DNA of 36,662 nt, from the NCBI GenBank assembly GCA_038496445.1, contig JALMLS010000475.1, positions 1 through 36,662 of the forward strand. Reading direction: 5' to 3'. Of this stretch, positions 23,780 through 34,300 are shown one piece after another. The DNA is from Trichosphaerium sp. ATCC 40318. Its lineage: Eukaryota > Protista > Tubulinea. The notes under the pieces were generated by a model that worked only from the letters and a program-made list of their open reading frames with translations, did not search any database and had not been told where the DNA came from. The translations under genes were made by a program, and so were the position numbers. Every line of letters begins with the position of its first letter. Positions within the stretch are counted from its first letter, which is position 1.

Positions 23780-24480
23780 TTTTTTTTTCGAAAAATTCAG
23801 AAAGCCACTATCAATGACCAGATGTAACAGTGTCAGAATGCTCTTCAACCCAACTTGAAAACAGTAATAGGTGCAAGGCATTGCCAATAAAATACATTGG
23901 TTGTTTCGATATTGCTTATACAGCACCTCCCAAATTTGAAGCCTTGTTGCTAAAAAACAAGCAATTTGTCACATTTACTGCTCCATTGGCTCCGCTATTA
24001 ATTCCCGCTCTAAGTCCAGCTCCATTCTGTCCGATCTTATTTGTAAATGTACTATAGTATAAACTAACAGCGCTGTCAATGAGCTCCTCCTCGTCGAGAA
24101 ATTCCTGAAGGGTTTATGGCTGTATTATTGAAGAAGATTATATTGTTGCAAAGCACCTTCCCAGCGTCTGTGTATAACCCACCACCTGATGAGGCAGAAT
24201 TACCATCACTTTTCATCGCTATATTGGTACTATGTAGTCCACCTCCATAACCAGCGATATTATTACTACAAATACATAAGCGACACATACTCAATTTTTT
24301 ACCTGAAGTGCAGTTTTGTATCTCAATCTCCACATAAAGAAGCCTCACTCCCCACCATAAGATGTAGCTTTGTTGTGTGCGAATTTAGAACTTGAAATGT
24401 GCACAGTTGATTCGAGCCTTTGAGATGATTCAATTGGTAGAAACTATTAACTCTACAAATTCTTTCAACTTACCTATCAC
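23780..24480 (-). pseudogene. Fragment of a more divergent paralog of the receptor ectodomain
   Basis: SNNIAGYGGGL, GNSASSGGGLY, FFNNTA..RGGA, FFSNKASNLGGAV, then WVEEHSDTV/HLVIDSGFLNFSK matching WIKEQSDTVEHLVIENGFLNFSK; same ctgcacttcag|gtaaa…ttgtag|taataa intron; contains stops. Confidence 0.75.
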
Positions 24481-24509
24481 TTCTATTTCGAAAAAAATTC
24501 GTATCTTTC

Positions 24510-25020
24510 AAACTGTAATGTTATTCGCACAAGTGCGCTGTAGTGTTTTATGTACAAGTGTACACGACATCAGTGCGCTATTGATAGCCACTAAGACGTT
24601 GGCTTTCCTAGACATCAATCTTGATCCTGTTATGTTGTAGTTACATTGAAAGAATAGCGCTTGAACACCAGAAAGAAGAGAAAGATCTTTGTCTGTTGCT
24701 TCCGGGAAGGACAAAAAAGATATGATGGTTTGTGAGAAGAGGACTTCCTGAAAGACTTAAAAATGCGATGTCGATTTAACAAGATACCAACGTGATAGTG
24801 TATAATGTTGGATAATAATCTACAACTTTGAGAGACGTTAAATCGATCCACAAACTCAAGTAAATGAGCAAGTATCTCCCATTGGTACGTCTAACAACTC
24901 AATTGTCAATACTACTAGATTCGCTAATGCTGCGATGGTCCTCTGGCTTCCTTTCCGTTTATATTTACTGTTGCGATTTACATAATCACAGTAAGTTTGG
25001 CGCTCAGTGCTTCATGACAA
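24510..25020 (-). pseudogene. F-box/LRR gene fragment, third copy
   Basis: Similar to 4540-4992; retains an extra LRR, SFPEATDKDLSLLSGVQALFFQCNYNITGS. Confidence 0.75.
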
Positions 25021-25897
25021 ACCAATATTGGTTCAGCCAAAACATAAACAGTATTTGACTATATGGCGTTCCCTATATGCGTGTACAATGTTATTAACTT
25101 GGTACTGCCCCTCCTCACTTTAATTTCAAATTGTAAAAAACACAGAAAACAGTTTATACTACTTCTTATCGCATGCGGTAGCTGTCAGTACAGTTTCATT
25201 ACATAGTGATACGTTATGAATAATCCACATTTCAATTTTTGTAAAAAATCACATGAACATCTCAAAAATAAGCCTTCAACGTTTACCAATATGCGTGTAG
25301 GTGCTAACCAAAGAAGAAGATAACACACAAAAAGGGAATAAAAAAGGTTACGAGCGTAAAGAAACTACCTAATATTAATGCTAGCATAGTTGACTCGAAC
25401 GTTTACGGCAAACACTTTAGTGTGGAATAAAAATCACATGTGTATTAAAAAAAAACGCTTTAACTATTACTCTGACAAAACAAACCGCGTAATGGTATGA
25501 ATTGTACTTCAAACTTTTTTGAATAAATCTTATAGCTATCTGACAAAGAAGTTTCGAAAGTCACAAAAAGGTACATGGCACAGCTAAGCTGTACAACTAA
25601 TGTACACCATGTACCAATAAATTTTGGTGAACAATTATTTGCCCGCCACACGGGTTTTCTCACGAAAAGACTGAAATTTCTTACCTCAAAATAGATATTT
25701 AATATAAAAAGGTTGTTTGTTTTCTTCTGGTATGCTATACATTATTTGAAAGGCAGCATGGTTCGAACTATACTTCGAACAAAATATCGAACTGGTTCGA
25801 ACCGTTTTTTGTGTTTATGTGAATACTAACGAAGTATTGTGTATCACAATTATTTTGCAGTTTCTTGCAGTATCCTTTGTAACTATTTCCAAAAGAT

Positions 25898-28800
25898 ATG
25901 GCAACACGTTACTTTTCATTATTCGTATTAGCGGTAATGGTATCCCTTCACCAATGTGCAGTACTTCATGTGGCCACCAACGGTAAGGATTAATTTAATT
26001 CCTTGTTCAGCAGAGTGTATTAACGATACTATTGTAGGTACAGATGATGGCGACTGTAGTCGTTTGAACCCATGTAAATCCTTGAGATATGCTTTGTTTT
26101 CTGAGGCGATATCTGGTGACGTGATAAAGCTTGGCGCTGGAGTGTATGCGGGTACGACAGAATAGTTTTCAATAAGTATTGAATAGTTTTGTACAAGGCG
26201 GCAGTAATACCAACCTCACGTGGGGTGTTCTGAATCTGTCCAAAATTACGATTGAAGGTACGTTTATGGTTTTGCCTCAACGCACTAAATCATTAAGCTT
26301 TGTTATTAAAACACGTGGTAGGAAGTGGTACATTAAAAACTATTATTGACGGCGGAGATACCAATTACTTTATGAATATCCAGACGTTTGGTGGTGTTAA
26401 TATTACACTCTCAAACCTTACAATTCAACAGATGGCGTGTCCTCAGTTTAAAGTACAACATACAATTAACGCTGAGTTTAACAATATTAAAACTCCACTT
26501 TAGTGTAACGATGGCAGTGATATCGCTTCAGTACTTACAACACGAGGTGGGCATGTTGACGTTAGGTACAGCCTGCAAAAGCTGCAAATTATTGAGGGTT
26601 TAGTATTGGGGGTTTTTTTTATCAAAACACGTGGCTTTATTCGTAGCAAACCTACGCCTGCTCTTGTAGGTTTCTTAGGGCTACCATGGTAACCCTTCAC
26701 TCATGTTTTTTAATGTGTTCGCTTTGCCGATATTGTTTTTTCTTTTTTGGGAATTATTTGGTTTGAGTAGCTACTGTTATTTTGTTCACGTATATCTCTC
26801 GTCGCTACCTTCTTTTTCATCCTCTAGTATCCATTACTATTCTAACTGGTCTATTGTAGGGACTGTATTTTTCGTCAAAACAAATGCGGCAACTGTACAT
26901 ACACTACATACTTTTACACAAAAAGCCCTATAAGTATAATACAGAATCAAGGAGGCTCTATGTTATTGAAAGGGTAGGAGGACATTTGAACTTGTAGTTT
27001 TACTGATAACTCTTTAGAGTACATTTTGAAGGAAACTCAGCAAGTGTCAGCATTTTAAACTCTAGACTAGTTGTTGAAAATTCGACCTTCGAACATGGAC
27101 ACACGTCCAAAGGTGCCGCTTTCAAAACAAATTGTTGCTGACGGTTGCAGGGCAAATTTATGGCGATGGAACAGTCAATGTGATTGTAAAGAATAGCAGC
27201 TTTTTATTTGGTTCAGCATATGAAGGTGGAGGAATCGGTAGGTTTACCACGTTTTGTTGGAGCTAATTGTTCTAGCAATTAAATCATCTGATGAATCAAC
27301 AGTACACATTTCAGGCTCTAAATTTACAAACAACCAAGCTACATCCTTTGGTGGGGCAGTATCGCTTACTTATGGGGACATCTTAATACAAGACTGCACT
27401 TTCAGGTAAATAAATGAGTGTAGAAAAATAATGAATGAATAGCACTTATGCAGTTGTAGTAATAACATCGCTCATACTGAAGGTGGCGGATTATTCAGCA
27501 GTGTTAGCAATTTCTCAATGAAAGGCTGCACTTTCAGGTAAATAAAAGAGTTTAGAAAATAATGAATGAATAGCACTTATGCAGTTGTAGTAATAACACC
27601 GCTATTGTTAGTGGTGGTGGATTATCCAGTTGGTTTAGTAGCAGTTTCTCAATTAAAGACTGCACTTTCAGGTAAATAAATGAGTGTAAAAAAATAATGA
27701 ATGAATAGCACTTATGCAGTTGTAGTAATAACACCGCTAGTGGTAGTGGTGGTGGATTATCCAGTCGGTTTAGTAACAGTTTCTCAATGAAAGGCTGCAC
27801 TTTCAGGTAAATAAATGAGTGTAAAAAAATAATGAATGAATAGCACTTATGCAGTTGTAGTAATAACACCGCTATTGGTAGTGGTGGTGGATTATTCAGC
27901 AGTTATAGCAATTTCTCAATGAAAGGCTGCACTTTCAGGTAAATAAAAGAGTTTAGAAAATAATGAATGAATAGCACTTATGCAGTTGTAGTAATAACAC
28001 CGCTAGTGGTGGTGGTGGATTAATCAACGAGTATGGCAATTTCTCAACACAAGGCTGCACTTTCAGGTAAACTAATGTGTATAGAAAAAATGAATGAATA
28101 GCTAATGCAGCTGTAGTAATAACATCGCTGATGATAGAGGTGGTGCACTAAGGCTGATAACAAGTAATGTTACAGTAGAAAATAACTTATTCAAGAACAA
28201 TACTGTATCAGGTACTACCATATATATACCATAATATACGCTGATAGAATCTAGCTATCTCAATTAATATCATACCTGGAAATACTAGAATAAATTATGG
28301 TTATTTAAAAAACACTACAGTATCAAACAACACATTCGAAAATACCAATCCAGATGATTTTGATGGCTTGTTCCCACAGATTACTGGAGGTACCTTTTTC
28401 TATTTGTAGCTGTGTTAATGACATATTGTTCAGGTAATGTATTTAGCACATTGCGTATGCCACTGTTTTCAAATTGGATCAAAGAGCAATCAGACACTGT
28501 CGAACATCTGGTAATTGAAAACGGCTTTCTGAATTTTTCGAAGGATGGAGTGTTGGAAGTGTATTCGAGTTTTAATGCTGAAAGTGGACGAATTTATGTA
28601 CAGCGTTCAAACAAAAACGACACGCTGTTTAATCCTTGTAAATTTAGGGAATGTCTTCTAACCTCGAGAAACAGCTCATACTCAAACAGAATTGCACCTC
28701 CTCAGTTTCTGGCATGATAATAGATTCCATAGGAATAGAAAACAAAGGTACATGTCTTAGTTGAAAGGTCACGTGATTAACCTTGTAAAATAGGATCAAT

Positions 28801-30690
28801 GAGCATACATAGTTTATTATTAAGTAGCACAATCTATATCCCTCATACTACTATTGTTACCCTCGAATATGGCACTTTGCGAATTGCACAGGAGATATTT
28901 ATTCATGGGCAAGAAAGTAGTTTGAAAATGCTTCAACACTCGACATTAGCTGTTGACGTAAGTATATTTTAGCTTGCTAAATAACAAATAACTAATAGGG
29001 ACGTGCAAGACTAAAATCTACAGATATTTTTGTTAGCTCTCAAAGTAGGTTCAATATTACACTGGGCAAGTCTTATTTGGCCATCACTGAATCAAATATT
29101 GCTATTCGTAAGTTTGTGATTGTTTACAGCCTTTGATTTATTTTGTTTAGTGGGTACACTGTTCGTATCAATACCTTCAACACAATTTCAACTGTTTGAC
29201 TTGGTCCCTTTGATTGAATTCTCTCAAGGGTCAAGTGTTATATTTAATGGAACCATGATTGTTGACCACAGCACTACTTTTCCATTTTCGACTGCATTAG
29301 TGTTTTCAAATAGTTCCATGTCAATTCAGATTGTAGAAAGAGAACGAACCTTAAGGGTTTGGAGGTGGAGTGATGCTACGACTATAATAGGAATATCAGT
29401 TGGGTGCTTTGGATTGCTTTTAACTCTGTCTGTAGTCACTGTTGTATTATACTTTTGGTATGTCATTAAAATCGTATTTTCTCAACAACACTAACTAACG
29501 TTTGAATAGGAAATCTTCACCAATATTGAGGGCATCAACACCAGAACTACTTGTGGTTATTCTCGTTGGTATCTGCTTGTTGTATTGTGGCACAATTGTT
29601 TGGTATGGCAGTAGTACTATGGAGTTTGTCTACTAAAATTAACACATTAAAGGAGTGCTCCTATATCTGATGTTATCTGTGAGTTGCGGATATGGATTCC
29701 ATTGATGGGATTTATTACTACTATGGCGTACGCTTTATTTCAGTACAACTACAATATGTTTGAACTACTAACCACAACTTTAAGGCCGCTTGTGGCGAAA
29801 ACTTACAGAATTCACAGAATATTTAACACCCTCAAGAAATGTCCAACTCATGTTGTTGCAGTGCCTCTAATAGATGTTGTTAAACTAACAGCTGGATTAA
29901 TAAGCGGTCAAATAGTATCATTATGCCTTGATTTTGTTTGTTTCGCTTTTGTTACTTTTGTTTATCCTTAAACTTGTTAAGGTTGCTTTAATTATGTGGT
30001 CAGTAATGTCTCCAAACCGGCTCAGGCACACAACAGATCCAGGCGATAGCAGCTTTCAAGTTGCGCACTGCAAGAGTAGATATGCTAGCGTATTTCTGAT
30101 TATCACTATTGTCTATAATGTACGCAAGCCATTGGTACTTCATTCTATTAAACAATTGTGGTAGGGAATAATATTGATTGTTGGTTCATATCTTGCGTTT
30201 GCAGTCCGTAAGGCTCCAAGTATTTATAATGAATCACGTTGGTTGGGAGCAGCTATTTATGATATGTTTGTATGGGCGCTGATACTTGTTGGTTTGGGAT
30301 ACGCCATTACGTCACTATCACTTCTCAGGAGTGTCAGTATTCTTTTCTCAGTTGCAATTTGGATAAGTACAACAGGTACATCACAAACAACTTTGAACGT
30401 AATTACTAAATCTTGTCTTTTAGTGACTCTTGCTGTTATCTTTGCGCCAAAGTTGTATGTCATTTTCTTTGGCAATGACGTACCTCTCAGGTCTCAACAG
30501 TACGTACTTTGTGTGTACTCATTTGTGAGTTAATGACGTTAGGCAACATTCGCTTGATTTAGGTGCTTTTGACAGCCGCAAAGAACCTGATTTGAAGAAG
30601 AAGATTAAAAAACTGGAGGTTGAAAATCACAGTTTACAAACTGAAATTCAAAGCTTGCACGCTCGCCTTTCAACTAGTAGTACCAATTGA
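25898..30690 (+). CDS. Beta-helix ectodomain class C GPCR, copy 4, with four extra beta-helix exons (apparently intact)
   Basis: ATG at 25898, TGA at 30688-30690; canonical FTNNQATSFGGAV repeat; ectodomain exons in frame; coiled coil one heptad shorter than in copies 2/3. Confidence 0.88.
27390..28130 (+). repeat. Tandem array of ~130-bp intron+exon units (6 introns, 5 full cassette exons)
   Basis: Introns at 27406-27459, 27538-27590, 27672-27725, 27807-27860, 27939-27991 and 28067-28117; exons of 78, 81, 81, 78 and 75 nt, all phase 2-2. Confidence 0.92.
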
Positions 30691-31347
30691 TATGTGATAC
30701 TTCCTCATTGTTTATGTTAACAATTTGGTTATAAATAAAACCTTGGTCCTCTGACTTTTGTCTTTCGCTCCGTAACACCTAGTGTTTTTCTTCCCCGTAC
30801 AAAGATTTAGAACGTTTATAACTATGTAACAGCACACACGTGCTAATTCATGGCACGTGAATGCAGTAGCAAGGCTTTGACTTGAAATTGCACTCCGTTA
30901 TTTTAGGGTTAAGCTATCTTTTAAAAGACTCACTTTATTAATAACTAGATTTACCAAAAAAATTGAGCAAAGTTTAGCTTTACACCATCCTTTACTTTTA
31001 CCAAGCTGTTTACCATCAACCAACATAAATTAACACTTTAGTTGGCGTGTCTTCCTTTCACATTTTACCATTGATATGTACTGCCCCTTAAGGGCGTATC
31101 GACTAGGAGGAAGCATCATTTTCAAAAGCATGAACAACACGATGCTCTTTGGTGCATCAATATTCTCAGAATTTTTTTGGAATTTACAATTTTATTAATT
31201 TCTTGGCTCAAAAAATAGGCACATACAATAAATGTTTTGCAGAGTTACCTAAACAAACCAAGGGACCCATTTTTTTCCTTCTTTTTACAATAATTCCAAA
31301 AAAAGGGTCTGAAAATTAAATGTTTGTTTTTGGGTTTTGGTTTTTTT

Positions 31348-34300
31348 TTAGTCGTTTCTTGGATCAAAATCATCAAGGTTATCATCATCATCGTCTCCGC
31401 CATCCAATGAAATAAGACTTACATCAGGAGGAGGTCCCTCAATCGAGTCATCATCATCATCATCAAGTAACGGTATAGGTTTATCATCATCATCGTCACC
31501 GAACTCTAATTTCATCGCTAAAAAACTCAAAGTAAGTACCAACAAAAAAACCTCTGCAGTAAGATTATATATCGTACCTGATCCTTCAACAACACTACCT
31601 ACTTCACCTTCAAGTTCAGTGTTCTGTTCTTTATCTTTCATACGTTGAAGCATCTCTACTGTTTCTTCATCCTTACCAAGTTGAACAGCTGGTGTAGGAG
31701 TAGTACAACGACGACAACAGTAGATAGCAGCAGCAATGAAAATCAAGGCACCAATGACAGCACTGATAATCTACAGCAAACAGTTAATTGTCGTTCACTA
31801 ATAAAAAAAGAAACATCCAAAATTTAAAATCACGTACAATAATCCACATGGTCATGCCACCACTAGCGGTTGGCGTGTTAGGCTCAATTGGCGCTTGTGG
31901 AGGTGTAGGCGTTAGTGTTGCGGCAGGAGCAATAGGAGTAGGTGCAACACCTGTTGGTGATGCTGTAGGTACAGGTGGAACAGTACCACTGCGCATGCTA
32001 TAGATGTGTTGACCCTAAAGTAAAAAGTTAAGCGAGAGAAATTCTCAGAAAATAAAATAAACAAAAGTTGTGCTTACCGCTTGGAGAACGAATTCCTTGC
32101 CAGCCTCGCTCTGTATATGATGTGCATCTAAGCTCAACTCGTAGGTGTGCCCTTCCACGAATCCAGTAGATGTAGGTGGTACAAAGAGGAGATGCCATAC
32201 AGTAAAATCATCCTCTCCAGTGAAAGCAGCTGGTACGATCGTAGGTTTGATCTTATGGCTGTGGAGCTCTCTTGATTCAAGAGAAAATGCAGCAACAATA
32301 GTATCATAGTGGGCTCTTCTTGTGATCTGTTCACCGGCTGTCGTGTATGGAGAATTAGAAAGTATAACCTCTAGCGTGATAGGTTCCGTAGGATCGAGTT
32401 GTTCACCTGCTGGAGGAAGAACTTGCTCAATAGTAGGAGTAGCACTTGAGAGAGCTGAAACAGCAATGCTCCTGAAATACAAGTGAGAATGATTGTTAAA
32501 GCGTAGTATTCAACGAAGAAGACCATTGTATGATTTTCGTACCAATAGAATGGGAAGCAAACACGTGGTGTAGTACCCAAGTCCATATTAAAAGAATCTT
32601 GCTTGATATGAACCTTGTATAATCCAGGTGAATACAATTCTTGTCCGATCTCTTGAGTAGTAGTGAACACTCCAGCGCCACTTGTGGCTTCCTCAGAGAA
32701 TAGACCCTTAGGTAAATCCTACAAAAAAAGTCAACTCATGTTAACCAATTATTAAGAAAAAACTGAGAACAGGAAACTTGATTGTTAGACCAACTACTCA
32801 TAGATAATAGATCTACGTACACGCAGGCCACCCTCGAGTTCCAGATAGAAGGCATTGGTCATGCCATTGTAAGATAACTCAACATCAACATGGGACTGTT
32901 CAGTGATATTGAACTCGATGACGTAATCAAAAGTGTCTCCGTTTGTATGTGCAGCTATTATTTCTGGTGTCATAAAGGACTCAACAGTTTCGTTAGCTTG
33001 TCCATTAACCATCTAATTCATAAATCAGTATTGCGTCTCATGAAATAATAATAATAAAGGGCGTACAGTGAGCTGTTGAAGTGGAAGTTTAGAATTAGCT
33101 GGTTGATCCTTACACATTTCAAAATCTACTCTAAATACACTCTCAAGCATTAGATCCATGGCAAAGTAAGGACAAGGACGTGGTCTATTAGCATGGGTCG
33201 TCTAAGAAAGAAAGTCAGCATACTATCCCTCGTAAAAAGGGCAAAAATCAAAAAACAAAAATAGGAAAACGCCAACGTACTGGAACGAGTTCCAAGGTGT
33301 AATTCTTGTTTCCGTTCGGTTCTAAGTAGAAGATAGACAAACGTTGGTAGTGAGCAGTAGTTGTAGTGACAGGTTGAATGACCTCAACACCGCCAGTCGC
33401 ATTGTGAGAAATGATTTTATGCTCAAAGTTTCCGTAAACCTTATGAAGCGAAGTCAAGGCTGTAAATATGCTAGGTGAACGGGCATTGAACAAGATCTGT
33501 TGTGTGAGGTACTCATTACCACGTTGTGGCAAAGCAAAGCTAGGTCCATGAATATGAACAAAGCCATCGATTACAGGCCCGCCAAACTTTTCAGAATGAG
33601 CAGTGCTGCCATCAAAGAGATCCCAAGGTAAGATTTCTTGGTTAAATGCGGTACAGGCTAAAAACGACGAGTCAATATACAAAACTCAAACAAAAAGCAG
33701 ACAAAATCGTACCTCTTCCTTCAGAACCACTGATTGTCAAAGCAAAGAAGAACTCAGGACAGTAACTAATATCTCTTGTGTGCAAGTCATATTGTAAGTT
33801 AATATCCAAAATGTATTCGCCAGCTGGAATAATCTAAAAAAAATCAGAAAAAAAATCATGGTAGGTTTTTGTTTCCAAACATGGGTTGCTGTCGTACCGT
33901 GTTGATTGTGTTTGTATTCCATCCATTTCTTCCAATAACGTCATCAGGTAACTGACCACCATGAAGAGATAGTTGGAATTCACCAAGTAAGAACTCATAT
34001 CCAATCTTAGCAAAGAAAACACTTGATTGCTCTAGAGTGAATGGTAACGACTGAATAGTCACCCAAACCTCATTTGGTTCTGGATTCTTTTCGGCATCAG
34101 CCTTGCTTAGAATCAAAGTCTTGTGTGAGTATGTGTAGTACTAGGTCACAAGTTAATCAAAGATTGTATTGTAATTTTTTCGCAAAGTCATCAGTTTGAA
34201 CAGAAACAAAACACAAAAATAATAAAACTGTGTCATAATCAGGGCCAATGCGTTATCTCACTGCCACAAGACAATAAAGTCAAGTAGTCTAGATCGAGAA

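Noticed and set aside
23363-23926. 187-aa minus-strand ORF as a real gene
   Set aside because: It is a chance read-through across a receptor fragment, unique DNA and a duplicated 3' flank; it is not preserved in the other copies.
27552-27869. Antisense repetitive ORF (and similar antisense ORFs at 10220, 22845, 30257)
   Set aside because: These are shadows of the plus-strand exon/intron structure.
27390-28130. CRISPR-like pattern of constant repeats with variable spacers
   Set aside because: The constant parts are GT-AG introns, the 'spacers' are mutually homologous in-frame exons, the context is eukaryotic, and no cas genes are visible.
5865-30690. Diversity-generating retroelement as the source of variation
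   Set aside because: No reverse transcriptase or template/variable repeat pair is visible, and the changes include indels and are not evidently adenine-specific.
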